A program made the position numbers and the translations under genes. A stretch of 64,000 bases of DNA from Hypanus sabinus (lineage: Eukaryota): contig NC_082727.1 in assembly GCF_030144855.1 (NCBI RefSeq), forward strand, positions 42,098,001 to 42,162,000, given 5' to 3'. Below, in pieces: positions 25,575 to 38,947 of this stretch. The notes under the pieces were generated by a model. That model had not been told where the DNA came from and made no database searches. It saw only the letters and a program-made list of their open reading frames with translations. Each line of letters starts with the position of its first letter. Position 1 is the stretch's first letter.

Positions 25575-26190
25575 AATAGAAATTTACAGAATGGAAACAG
25601 GCCCTTTAGCCTAACTCATCCACACTGAGCAAATTACTGATCTACACTTAATACCAATTTCCTGTGCTTGGTCCATGTCCCCCTAGACCATACCCATCCA
25701 TGTATCTATCTAAATATCTTTTCAATATTGTAATTGTATCTGTATCTACAGTCTCCTCTCATTCTATATATCCATATGACCTTTCTGCCCCACAAATCCC
25801 TTCCAAACCTTTCTCTCCAGAGTTTATAAGCTTGTGTCCTCTTGTTACAGACTCCCTTACCCTGGGAGTAAGGGTAATCCATCTTAGCAATGCCTCTCAT
25901 AATTTTATAAACCTCTATAAGGTCACCTCTTTGCCTACTTTGCCTCAGGAAAATCATCTCACCTTATCCAATTTCTCCTTCTAACTCAATCTCTCCAGTC
26001 CTGGCAGCATCCTTGTAAACCTTAAACACAAGAAAGTCTGCAGATGCTGGAATTGCAGAGCAATACACACACAATTCTGGAGGAACTCGGCAAGTCAGGC
26101 AGCATCTATGGAAATAACTAAACGGTTGATGTTTCAGGCAGAGACTTGTCTTAAAGACCTTGTGAATCTGTTCTACAACCTTTTTAGCTG
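25575..26190 (-). mobile_element. CR1-type LINE 3' fragment interrupted by a Penelope pseudo-LTR
   Basis: Minus-strand ORF RQRGDLIEVYKIMRGI. ccttgtaaa/ccttgtgaa is duplicated around the Penelope insert. Confidence 0.8.
26024..26158 (-). mobile_element. Penelope pseudo-LTR with a degenerate hammerhead motif
   Basis: aaacacaagaaagtctgcagatgctgg...ggaggaactcggcaagtcaggcagcatc. The minus strand reads ggtc-TTTAAGA-caagtctctgcct-GAAAC-ATC-aaccg. Confidence 0.75.
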
Positions 26191-28959
26191 ATGTTCAAAA
26201 ACAGCACTTTCAAAGTTAGTCAGATTTTAGAAACGGGTATCTTATCCTCTCTGACTCAAGATTGTGTTTTACGTTGTCCATGCTTCCATTAAGCCTATGC
26301 TGAACTGGAATGCTGTGTTATACACTGGCTCCTTCTAGTTCTGCACTCAAGCCATACATGCAGTAAACCTCTCTCCAGATCTTGCTCAGTGCCCCTAATA
26401 ATTTTTAACCAACCATGACTAGAGCAAAACTTTGCAAAGTGCAGGTTTCTGCTGCCGAGGTTTTATCCATCTGTTTTGTGGATGTGCTTATTCCAATCCT
26501 CCCTCTTCCTGAGTGTATTTACAAGGTTGAAGGCTATGTTGCACACTAGGCCTCATTACTGAGGATCAGGCTGGCTTGATGAGGATAGACAATGGTACTT
26601 ACAATGGAAACCATGATGTTTTAACTGGGAATGCTGGCCCAGTGCCATGTCCTCTGAAAAGCAGGCGGGGGCAAGTCTTGTATCTGTACTAGTCTAATGG
26701 CTAAAAAATCAGCTAGGCACCACATTAGCCCCATGTCTGGTTTAGGAATTACCATAATTGCCTGAAACAGCATCCAATGCAAATTCCATTTGCAGCATTT
26801 TTTCCACTTTATAAACAGCATATTTGCAGGAACTGACAATCTCTGTAGTACAGATAAACTAAATTTAATCTAGTATATCTTAAAGCAAAAAATCATCAGG
26901 AGCACAGTATTCCTTGTCATCCATTACACCAGCTGCAATATACCTCAAGTATATAGTAGGTCTCACCTGCTCAACCTTCCTATCTGTTTTCATCTAATGT
27001 TGAAGCATTTTATTATAATTCGGGGGCGACCATGTGCTACATTACAAGGCTCCAAATCATTCCATATTTTGGGAGGTAGAGAGAAAGTATTTGCGAGGCA
27101 GAGGGTTCTAATGGCTAGGGAATATATACATGATTGGTGTAATATCTCGTGATGAGAAAGGGAACAAATATGTGATGGCTAATTAACATAGAATTTTTCT
27201 AGCTTTAATCAACATCAGATTAATTAGCTGCAAAGTGCTTTACTTTGACTTTTACATTTCTATTGATACGGCTTATGGAGGACAAACAGCGACTAATATG
27301 GAATATCTCTTGTAAAGTAAAACAGTTGGAAATGGTGCAACATTTTATTGCCATTGTCTAGATTGAACTTCTATAATATTGGATTACTGTTTTAAAGCCT
27401 TTAGTGTATAGAAATATCAGTGTTACCTCATATCTACTTATGAGAAATGAAAGCTTTGTTGGGAAGACAAAGCAGGCTGACGGGGGAGATGCAGTGATTT
27501 TAGGATTTGTTTAATATTGCTTAAGAAAATTATTGTATTCTTGAGCAATTTGGAAAGAGTTACCCCTTTAATTCCAGTCACCATTAAGTAGATATACTAA
27601 TATATAACATGTAGATTTCTATGACTGTATTTTCTACCATTAACATGCATGGTTATATTGTGCACATGTTACATAACTTGCATACATTACTTATAAAGTG
27701 ATTGGTGTGAAAATTCTAGCTCCAATTATCCAGCAACATGATGTGCACTGCTTGGGCATAAGTTAGATAGTTGCAGTGTGTGTTTGTATGTTGAACAGCC
27801 ATTTTTATAAATGGTGCTTCATGAGCAGCCCCCAGTTTCGAATTAGTTCTTTTGATAGCTCCTCTCCTTTTGGGCCTCCTGATGGTACTGATCACATCCC
27901 CATCTCCCAGCCCATTCCTTGGTCTGAAACTGGAACTTGCTGACTTGCACCATCTCTAGCTCCCCTATTTCTGCCCAGCCAAATCTCTGATTGTCCCTGA
28001 CTCTAGCCCCAAACTTGAAGGCCTTAATATGACACAGAACAAGACCTGTGACTGAAATCCCAACCTGATCTCTGACTCAACCCATGAATAGGATTCTGAT
28101 CCCTAACTGAGCCCTGAACCTTGATCCAGGACCCAATAAAACACCTGACTCAATCTTTGACTGAAAAAACCCTTAACATGCTCCCCAGCATCCAAGTGAC
28201 GATAATTTCTTCAACTCTCCATAACTGAGCCCCTGTTCCATTCTTCCTGCTTTTATTGAAGCCCTGCCTTAGGTCTTAGCCTTTGAACTGCCAGCCCTCC
28301 CAACCCATGACCCCTGAGATTCAGGTTCATATTTGCCTGATTCCGTCCTTTACACTCAATGCAATAGTACAGTATGCAAAGGAACATGTATAAGGCATGA
28401 TTTGATATTTGCTAATGCTGTTGAATATTATTCAGGTTGTTCTGCAACTGAAGTATTGATTGGTGTTTTGAACGATGACCCTTCAATGCCTCACTCAGAC
28501 TGAATAAATTTCTATGTCTAAGACTTTAAAAATAATGATTTATTTATTAAAAACTACTTCATAATCTTCAGTAAAAATCATTGTTTCGTTGTAGGCTGGG
28601 AAATCTGATGCCATTCCAGTTAATATTCTAATTTACACTTGAAGGTTTAGATTTTGCTGTCTAGAAATGTATCTCCAGAGGAGATCACATGGCAGCATAT
28701 AATACACTATTGACGTTAACTTCGATGGAACTGAATTCCAGCCACGGAGCAGAATGCGTAGCCACAATTCTCTCATATATTTAATGCTAGTGATTGAGGA
28801 TGAATTTCTAGGTAGCTGTATAAGTGGAAAGTTTTCACTCAGATTCGTTGATGAGCTGTACTTATGCTTACTGTGCTTGATTAGGTTTGGCCAAGGCTAC
28901 TTGAATCCAAACCATGCATATACCAAAGAACTGAATTCAAAAGATGAGGAGTAAGTGAC

Positions 28960-29300
28960 TATCCTTGATATCAAAGCAGCGATTGTCCTAGTGTGATACC
29001 AACGAGACCTGACAAATCTGAAGTCAATTAGTACCAAGTGGAAAGGGTCATGCCTTCCAGAAAGATGAATTAATTGTGGTTGATCGGGGTCAATTATCAC
29101 AGCTCCAATACGACAGGGGCTCCCTAGGGCAGTGACCTAGTCCCAATCATCTTCAGCTACTTTACCAATGAGATTCATTCCATGATAAGGCCAGAAGTGG
29201 TGATTGTACAATGTTCATTTCCATTCTCAATTCCTAAATGAGCATGTAGCAAGACATGACACATTCATGAGCAAATATGTGTTATGTAAGATTCAGGTTA
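28960..29300 (+). mobile_element. Old CR1 RT fragment
   Basis: acaggggctccctagggcagtgacctagtcccaatcatcttcagctactttaccaatgag is a degenerate GVPQGSVLGPTIFSCFIND. Confidence 0.6.
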
Positions 29301-29459
29301 CCAGTGTTGTGGCATGACTATGTTCAATGAGAGAGCTACTCTTGACGGTCAATAGCATTACATTTGTAAAGATCCCATTTCATCAATATGCTGGTGGAGG
29401 AGGTGGGAGGCGAAAAGGGTGTAGTTGGGGGCAGGGATTATGGTGGTGAGGTGTTACAT

Positions 29460-32400
29460 TTACCAGAAGCTCTTATGAAACACAGTGAGAAAATTTCCAG
29501 ACAGAGCCTGGAAATATGTGACCTCCAGGTTACTGTTGGCCAACCATTGCGGGCATGCAGCCAAGGTCACTCAGGTGAGGCAGTTGGTCACTCTGCAGAG
29601 CCTGCCTATCTTACAACCCCAGAGAGATTCGATGGTGAGCCAGTTTCCATCCATGGCTTCCTTGTCCAATGCTGATTAGTATCTGGTTCCCTTCAGAGCA
29701 CTGAAATGAGGCCTTCATCATCTCTCTTCTGACTGGAAGAGCCCTGGCCCAGGTCAGTGCGCATTGGGAACATAGGTCAGAGAGTTGCTAAGATTTGGTG
29801 GAAAATAGGGTAGCCATGAGGAAGTTGTTTCATCACCCCGCCAGAGCCAGCTGAGCCTCGGACTGCTGATGATTTGACAGGAGAGACAGTCAGCAGCCAA
29901 CTACACATTCAAATTCTGAACCTTGGCCCAGGAGAATGGTTGAGATTGGAAGGAATCGGCCATGATATACCACCACGGACTCTAGCATGAACGAAAGGAT
30001 GCCCTCGCCTTGGGAGAGCCAGCAGAGGACTTAGAGGTTCTGATTGACCAGTCCATCCATTAATAGTCTGGCTGAGCAAAAGTAGGACCACTTCAGGAGC
30101 TCGAAGAGAGCCAGTCCAAGACTGGTCCCTACGTACTGCAGTTCCACTCCCCAACCAGCCCATTGCTCGCTCAAGATCAAGTCGAACCCATGCACTAGGC
30201 TCTCCACTAATGAGATGTCCCAGTTTCGGAGTCAAGGTTACTGCTTTTGCTGCAGGGAAGCAGGTCACCTGTGAGCCGAAGGTCTGAAGCTGCAGCTACC
30301 TGGGGAACTGCTAAGAGGATCCAGTGCCATGAGGACTCTGATGGTAGCAGCACCACTCCCAATCCCATGGATTTTGGTTTTATGCTGGAGTTGGAGTTCA
30401 CCTGGAGTAAGAACTTGAGGCACTTGAAGGCTTCTGTGTATTCGGGGGCAGCGGGTATTTTCCTGGATTTAGAAACACCTCTTAGTTTGACATGCCATGT
30501 GAGAGTTGAGCTAGTCCTTGCTGGTAACTGTCTTGGATGGCCGACTGCTATGTTCCAGGCAGATCCAGCAACAGGCTGTGGAATTGCAGATGAGGAGAGA
30601 GGATCATGTGGAAGACATTAATTTCTACATTATTGACTCTCCACTCATACCCCTGACCCTCGACTTACCCTTGGCTGTCCCAGCGTAACATATCAGTGGA
30701 CTGAGGAGAGGGGAGAATCATTGCTTGGATTGGTCCTTTGTTTATGTCCAACACCCAGATTCTTTCATGACCAGCAACCTCTAAGGGGGTGGGTATCAGT
30801 GTGGGGGAACCTGAGATCTCCTGGACACCTAGTCCAGTCCTCAAGAGTGAACAAACTGGTTCTGGCCAACAGGACAGTGCAAGTCCCAACTCAGTCTAGC
30901 CGGAATCCCTCAAAACCTAATTTCTAGGTCAGGAGAAGACCAAAGAGATGCCCAAGAAGTCTGAAAGACTTGCTGCTAAGCTGAAGGGAACCAGCAGCCA
31001 GGACTTAAGGAAAAGAAAGACTCCGTTATGCAGATCCTTGAAGTCTATTCCCAGGGATGCAAGAACCATCTGTAATGTCTCGATGCTGTTGCCTGTGGAC
31101 ACAGGAAGTCAGACTCTGATTTGGCCACTGTTTCCACAGCTGAACTTTGTGAGTTCAGAGAGAGGACTCTGAAGTCCGTTGAATCACCCTGTCACCAAAA
31201 AAGTCTTGGGAGGACATCTTCAAAGGAAGATTTGGAGAGGATAGTATCACTCAAACCTGTGATCCTATGGTGAACAAAGCAGTAAGGAAATCCTCTCTGT
31301 TTACAAGATCTTAGAGGAGGTTTTCAGCAAGGAAAAGGCTTTGATACTTCCATCATAGCGAACCTACAGTCCGGTACTTGTCCTCCGCGGGGTCATTTGT
31401 TCATGTTCTCAGAGAGAAGCGTCATGGAGGGGTTTAGAACAGAAGCTCTTGCCGAGGGCTCCATTCAGCTCTCTACCTCACTCGCTGGAGCAGGCTTCTT
31501 CTCTGTACAAAAGAGAGATGGGAGGTTGTGGCCTTGCATTAATTTCAGGGGATTAAAATGCATAATGACCAAGAATTGCTATTCCCTTCCTCTTATGATT
31601 ACTGCTTTCAAGATGCTCCAAGGGGCAAGGGTATTCACAAAATTAGACCTCCGGACTGCCTACAATCTGGTCCATATCAGGGAGGGTGATGAGTGAAAGA
31701 TCGCATTCAATACACCGACAGGGCACTATGAGTACCAGTTTATGGCCTTTGACCTTGCAAACACCCCAGCCATTTTCCAAGCCTTTATAAACGACATGCT
31801 CTGGGACACTATCCATAATTATGCCTTTGTCTACTTGGATGATATTCTTATCTTCTTGAATTCCATGGAGGAGCATACTACTCCCATTAGGGACATTTTA
31901 AAGAGGCTACTAAAGCATGAACTTTATGTCAAGTTGGAGAAGTCTGAGTTTCATGTGACCACTGTTTCATTTTTGGGTTTCATCATCTTTAATGGTAATC
32001 TCGAGATGGATCCTATCAAGACCCAGGTAGTCAGAGACTGGCCACCACCAAACAGTATCAAACAGGTCCAATGATTCCTGGGGTTTGCTTGGTGGCAGCT
32101 TTTCTGATGGTCCTAACTAAAAAATCCATGGGCCCTTTTTCCTGGATTATTGAAGCAAAGGCTGTTTTTGCAGAGTTTAAACATTACTACAGCTCCCATC
32201 TTGGTTTCTCCTAACTTGGACCTTCTCTTCATTGTGAGGGTGGGTTCTTCAGACATTGGTGCCATCTTATGTCAACGATCACCTTCACACAGCAAACTGC
32301 ACCCCTGTTCATTCCTCTCCAGACGGCTAACCCAGCAGAGAGGAACTATGACATCGGGAATCAGGAGTTTCTTGTGATTAAGTTAGCTTTGGAAGAATGG

Positions 32401-33803
32401 TGACACTTGCTGGAGGGGGCCAAGAACCATTTAATTGTTTGGATGGACCATAAGAACCTGGCCTATATTCAGGAGGCCAAGAAGCTAAATTCCAAGCAGG
32501 CCATGTGGTCTTTTTTTAACTGGTTTAAATTCATCCTGACCTGTCATATGGGGTCTAAGAATCACAAGCCAGATGCCTTGTCCTGTCAGTGTGATGAACC
32601 AGATCAAGAGGAGTAGCCTACCACCATTTTGCCCCAATTCGTTGGAGAATTGTTGTTCTTGTTCAGCAAATCCAAGCACAGGGGAGATTCCTGACAATGG
32701 TCCTCCAGGTTGGCTGTTTGTCCCGAGTTCCATCTGGTCCCAGGTACTTCAATGGAAGTAATCGTCAAGAATGACCACATACCTTGGGATTGCCAGGACA
32801 CTTGAATTTATTAAGAGGAGGTGTTGGTGGCCTGGAATAATGAAAGAGTTTTGGCAGTACATGCGAAGCATGCAAGGTGTGCGCCCAGAACAAGGAGCAC
32901 CATACCCGATCTCAAGGGCTCCTCTACCTCCAACCCGTTCCAAGAGACCTTGGGCACACACCTCCATGGACTTTGTCACGGGTCTCCTCCCATCCAAGGG
33001 AAAATTGGTCATCATGGTGGTTGATGATCAGTTATGAAAGTCGGCAAGTTCATTGCCTTGGAGAAGCTACCTTCCACTGCAGAGACGGCCAAGTTTGTCC
33101 TGGACCCGGTCTTCAGGATCCACTGATTCCTGGTGGACATTGTCTCGGATCATGGTCCACAATTCTCATCACATATCTGGAGGGCTTTCTGTAAACTGAT
33201 AGAGGGAACAGCTAGCCTTTCCTCTGGGTTTTCAGTCACAGTCCAATGGCCAGACCAAATGGACCAACCAAGAATGAGAAAGTACCCTGGAGATGATCAC
33301 CCCACCTTCCACATCTCTAAATTAAAATCCGTCTGCGCCAGCCCCTTAGCCCCACTATCATCGGCCCCACCACCACCCATGTTTATGAATGAGTAACAGG
33401 TCTTCACAGTGAAAAGACTTTTGGACCAGCACACGTCCTGAATGCAACACTTATCCATGACCAGGGCCATCAGGAGTCAGCCGTAGGGGAATGGGTCCTG
33501 TTACAAGATGCTCCCAACTATGCCAGCTTGTGAGATTTAAACACTCTAACTCTCCAGAGTACGGATAGCTGGTATGGCCTCCTTAAAGACATTCCCGTTA
33601 ATTGATAATCACATTTTGGGTGCCAACAATTGAGTATTTAAGGAGCACCTAAACATAGGTTCAGTGCTTAATCGTAAGCCTATTAGTGATATCATCTAGT
33701 GTTCGATTTCTACTCTGATCCAGTTTAATATCGTGTCTCGAACCTTGCTTTGGATACCCTAGATTTTGGGTCCAAACCATCCTCATCAAGGTCTTTCATC
33801 ACA
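29460..33803 (+). mobile_element. Decayed Ty3/Gypsy LTR retrotransposon of the chromovirus (sushi-like) type: gag, PR, RT, RNase H, IN, chromodomain remnant and 3' LTR
   Basis: Gag PERFDGEPVSIHGFLVQC; CX2CX4H knuckle at 30242; protease YSGAAGIFLD at ~30440; RT FTKLDLRTAYNLVHIREGDE and YLDD at 31832-31843; integrase PWAHTSMDFVTGL and [12 protein letters not shown]; chromodomain start PPP...VFTVKRLLD at ~33370-33426. Many stops and frameshifts. Confidence 0.92.
33499..33803 (+). mobile_element. 3' LTR of the Gypsy element
   Basis: A purine tract (aggggaatggg) directly precedes TGTTACA, and the segment ends in catcaCA. The right boundary is less certain. Confidence 0.6.
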
Positions 33804-35704
33804 GCAGGTTCCCTCCAACCTGCATGCCATTCTTACTTGGAAGTAAATTGTTGTCCCTTCACCTAAATCTTGGAACTGAATGCACTGTGTGAGGACTTTT
33901 AGAGAAAGTCTGCAGTAGCTTTAAGGAAGGAGGCTGACAACCACTTACTCAAGAGTAGTCGGGGGTGTCCTCACATCGCAGGACCTCTGTTTTAACAGAT
34001 TCTTTAAAAAATTTGCTCCATGATTCCATCAGTTGCTCAAAAACAGTTTACACATTTTTATGGATTTTATCAGGTATTTATTATGCTATGTACAGCCTGA
34101 AAATAATATTATTCCCACTAATCCGTTAAATACCCTTCAAGGAATGTTAGTGGACTGAATTTTCTTTATCTCCTTAAGTAATTTCTGTACCAATTCCTGT
34201 TCAACCCAGTATCTGACTCTACCTTGGCACTAGGAATGAAAATCTATCCATTAAAATTTAACAAGATTACATACCATTTAAAGGAATAAAAAATAACATA
34301 TATGCACTAACAGAGCTTGCTGCTGTGTACTGGGAATGGCACTGTAAATTAGTAATTGAAATATCAAAAATTATTTTAGTCACACCAGTACATATGAACA
34401 TGTAGGAGCCAGCTTTGCATCAAGAAGTTAAATGCTTAAGTATTGATTTGGAACCTAGATTCCATATCCATATTTAAAAATGATATTTGAATTTATGAAC
34501 TATATCACATAAATGTTCAGATATATATAATGTAAAATAATTAAATTTTAGAATGCTATAACCCAGGAGAAACACCTTGGAAATCAAAACCTGGAGTATC
34601 AATCATACTTTGTTACATATTTTCATGACCTGGGAGTGTAAATTTGACTTCATTTCTGGTGTGAATCAGAAGGTCATAGTAAAAGTAACTCTACACTAGA
34701 TTTCACAGTGCACAAGAACAAGTTAAATGTGTATAATTAATATCAGAGCAGGTACATGTCCATGATGCTATATAAATGGAAAAGTCATGTCAGGAAGTTC
34801 CTTGGACCTATCATTGGATGTATTTCATGCACATAAAGAAACTAAGGTTTAATGTGGTACTTGTTTTAATGTGTCTGAAAGCAACAATGCAGTTCTGTGA
34901 ATCTCGTATTTATTTTTTTCTTAATATAACTTTGCAAATCTGAAAGTAGAATAAATTTCTAATATCGTACCAGAAAGATAGTAAAAATGTATTTAGTAGA
35001 GGGATGAGGACCCAAAAATACCAAGTACCTGAATTTCTTGCTTGTTTGCAGAAGGAACTCATTGATATCAGAATCTCCAATGTTCCAAAACACAGCAAAA
35101 ATCACCCTGAGGCACAGACTACCCCATGATGGGAAAAGGAGCACTTGCTTGATCCTGACCTGCACCAGAATCATAGAATCAAAGCATGGAAACACTGATT
35201 ACCAATGCATAGAATTGTCCTTCATGTGTAACATATGGGGAGAGATATCAAAAAGATATTCTTGGGCCAAGTTCCAAGACTTGGCAAGTGGTTGCCCAGA
35301 TTTTGTGTACTAGTGCAGCATTATGGCTGGGGTATTAGGGATATGGCCATCCATAAAAATCATTAAATTTGGGATATTTTCCAGATGTTCTAATCAACAG
35401 GAGAGGATTAAAAGTCCAGGGAATTTCATTTCACAATTCTACCACAGATGAAGACCAAGGTAAAATTTAACTGGTCCCGACTGAAGAAACATGTATTTAT
35501 CTAAGGTAGATAGATAAAGACTATACTGATCCCAAAGGAAATTACAGTGTCTCAGTAGCATTACAAGTGCATTCTATTCCATTTATGTGGAAATACTCAT
35601 AAGTATCCATCACTGGGATTGGGTATAAAATAGGTGGGGAATCCACAAGAGACATTTTTTCATCTGGATCAATCTGAATTCTGGCAACAATTCAGGAATG
35701 CTGA

Positions 35705-35990
35705 ATGTTTATTTATTTATGTATTTATTGAGATACACTGTGGACTAGGCCCTTCCGGCCCTTTGTGCCAAGTCGCTCAGCAATCTCCTGAATTAATCCT
35801 AGACTAATCACAGGACAGTTTACAATGACCAATTAACCTACCAACCGGCACATCATTGCACTGTGGGAGGAGACCGGAGCACCCGGAGGAAACCTATGCA
35901 GTGACGGGGAGAACGCATAAGCTCCTTAAAGGGAGCAGTGGGAATAGAACCCAGGTCGTCACTATTGTAAAGCTTTGTGCTACCAGTGTT
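35705..35990 (-). mobile_element. tRNA-derived SINE with a CR1-like tail (HE1/V-SINE-like)
   Basis: Minus-strand B-box-like GGTTCTATTCCC, a central ctccggtctcctcccacag core, and an (ATAA)n-like tail at 35705-35730. Confidence 0.7.
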
Positions 35991-37339
35991 GTTTGTCAGG
36001 TGTGATGTTTGAGTAAGTAAAAACATTTAATAGAAGTGGCAGCTCACTGCATTGATCTTCACCCATTTTCAACCCCATATGACAGCTATTTCACCAGAAT
36101 TAAACAGTGCGGTCAATCCATCTCTTTTACCGATCCCCTCTCTCTGTTTTTGTGCCAAACAGCAAAAAGCATCAAACACCCATTTTGCCCAATCTGCTTC
36201 CAGCAATTGTAACAGGACATTAAAAATAAGCTTCAATACTGCTGTGCTAGTAATACTTATTCAGGGCAGGACTTTGTGTGCCCCACTGGATTTCTGTCCA
36301 TCAGCTTTTGTGAGAGGAATATTTAAAAAAAGGTCAAGGATAATCCCTGCATATTATCTCTCTGAGGAGCTGGAAACTGCATATCTTTGACTGTTTACTG
36401 TTTTCCAGAGCTGAATATTTGGCATCTTATGCAGAATTGTGAACATTTATGTTGGCACTTTCTGATGCTACTTAATAAATTTATTTTTTATTTTCCTAAC
36501 GTATAACAGCGAATACACCTCAGAAATGCATCAACTTCAAGTGCTTTGGGGTCTATTGAGATTTGAAAGGCTTTCTAACTCTGTAGTTATTCAGCATTCT
36601 GCCTATGCTTAGGGCCTGTCTTGACATGAGAGTTACCTTCAGTTCCTCTGCTGCATCTGCTCCGTCAACACCTCTCCAGAATTTGTTAGAAAGGAAGGAA
36701 GCCTTCACCACTACCTTTACCTCACATTTTCTCCAAGATATGCAAGCATTTACACAAGAAAAGATTCTTCCTCAAGTTAACTGATAAAACCACTCTAGTC
36801 CCCCTGTGAAATAAACAGTATTCCTTTAAGAACTCATGTCTTCTCCAGTTCTTCATTTTATCCAGCCTTCATTGTTATGTTGATAACTCACATGAAGAAT
36901 TTGAAGTCACCTCAGGGACTTGACCTCAAAATTTTCACTAAATCTTCAAATTGAGAAAAGATGGCCCCAAATACAAACACAAATATTTTGAGCACCTGTA
37001 CTTGGAATGTTTCTCAAAATGATACCTCTGCATCACTTAGTACAGAGGGAGTCTATCTACCTGACCATGAAGTTCAATGGCATGTCCATCATTAAGTTTC
37101 TTGTCATTAACATGCAGGATGATTCACTTGACCTGAAAACCACATTAACACTGCGGCCAAATCAGCAGCTTCCAAGAGGGACTCTCTCCACATTTTCCCA
37201 AAGTCCTTCCATCATCGACAAGACACAAACCAGCTGAGAGATGGAATATTTCCACTTACGTGGATTAATGCAACCTAAGTAATGCTCAATATGATTCAGA
37301 ACAAACTGACTGTTTGATTGGCATGCCTACCCATTGCTA

Positions 37340-37925
37340 AACATTTAAGTTCCTCGGCATACATGTCACTGAGGATCTCACGTGGTCTGTACAAACTGAC
37401 TGTGTGGTGAAAAAGGCACAACAGTGCCTCTCTCACCTCAGACGGTTGAGGAAGTTTGGTGTGGGCCCTTAAATCCTAGGAACGATCTACAGGGGCACAA
37501 TTGAGAGCATCCTGACTGGCTGCATCACTGCCTGGTATGGGAACTGTACTTCCCTGGATCACAGGACTCTGCAGAGAGTGGTGCGGACAGCCCAGTGCAT
37601 CTGTAGATGTGAACTTCCCACTATTCAGGACTTTTACAAAGACAAGTGTGTAAGAAGGGCTCGAAGGATATTTGGGGACTCAAATCACCCCAACCACAAA
37701 CTGTTCCAACTGCTACCATCTGGGAAACGATACCACAGCATAAACGCCAGGGCCAACAGGCTCCGGGACAGCTTCTTCCACCAGGACATCAGACTGATTA
37801 ATTCATGCTGATACAATTATATTTCTATGTTCGGTTGACTGTTGTACATGCTATTTATTATAAATTACTATAAATTGCACATTGGACATTTAAACAGAGA
37901 TGTAATATGAAGATTTTTACTTCTC
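37340..37925 (+). mobile_element. Rex1/Babar LINE 3' fragment
   Basis: Peptides RLRKFGVGP, IYRGTIESILTGCITAWYGNC and VRTAQCICRCELPTIQDFYKDKC...SGKRYHSI. Confidence 0.88.
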
Positions 37926-38064
37926 ATGTACATGAATGATGCAAGTAATAAAGTCAATTCAATTCATTAATTCAAATTTGCATCAGATTTCTTTATCACA
38001 TATACATCAAAACATACAATAAAATATGTCATTTGTGTTAATTATCAGTATTCCCACAGATGTC

Positions 38065-38288
38065 AAACACAAGAAGGTCTGATGATGCAGGAGATTCAAA
38101 TCAACACATACAAATGCTGGAGTAACTCAGTAGGCTAGGCGGTATCAATGGAAAAGAATAAACGGTCGAAGTTTCAGGATGAGACCCTTCATCGGGACTA
38201 ATGAAGGATCTCAGCCCAAAGCATCGACTGTTTACTTTTTCCCATCGATGCTGCCTGGCCTGCTGAGTTCCCCCAGCATTTGTGTGTG
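38065..38288. mobile_element. Inverted pair of Penelope pseudo-LTRs, each with a hammerhead-derived motif
   Basis: A minus-strand copy (motif at 38163-38200) directly abuts a plus-strand copy (38200-38230), producing a ~220-bp imperfect palindrome. Confidence 0.8.
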
Positions 38289-38947
38289 GTACACCCAAGG
38301 ATGTATCGGGGGCAGCCATACATCCTGCCGTCGACATTGCGTACCCACAGTGTTGAGCAGAACAACACAGAAAACAACAAAAAGAACACACCAAGCAACA
38401 CAGCAAAGCAAGCCCCATTCCTCCCTCTCCCACCCACGCAAAACCCCTGGAGAAGCTGTCTTTGGTCTCTAGCCTTGAGTGGACTTCCATTTGCAGACAT
38501 TGGGACTTTGACTTTCCCTGTGGACTTGCAGCCATTAAGGCTTCAGCCATTGAGCCTAGACTTCTGAACTTGCAATCCATCTGTAGGCTATGATCTGGTC
38601 TTCCACTTGGACTTTGGGCTTCACTCGCATTGTGTGTCCCATTTTTAAAATACTTTGCACTTCATATCAAGCCTTTTTCAACATCTCTCATTCTCACAAC
38701 CCAAAACACTAAAATGGACAGAGGTAGCAAGCTCTGGAATTGTTGCACCTATAAGATCCTCTCCAAATCACACACTTGGAAATGGTTCCTAGATCAGCTC
38801 TGAAACTAAATCCTAATTCTCCTTTTCTGATGATACTCACCAGACAGTTGCTAATGCTTCAAGAATGTGACTCCTCACTGTTATGTATATACAGCTAATT
38901 CTGGTAACACAGTGTAGCATCAGAATAGAATTACTCAAATCTATAGA

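Noticed and set aside
37448-37470. FGVG motif as TdT helix-hairpin-helix exon
   Set aside because: The context RLRKFGVGP...IESILTGC is Rex LINE ORF2.
38346-38385. Cryptic V(D)J RSS: CACAGTG, 24-nt spacer, ACAAAAAGA
   Set aside because: Off-length spacer and a 7/9 nonamer in an A/C-rich repeat tail, with no V, D or J segment nearby. Expected by chance.
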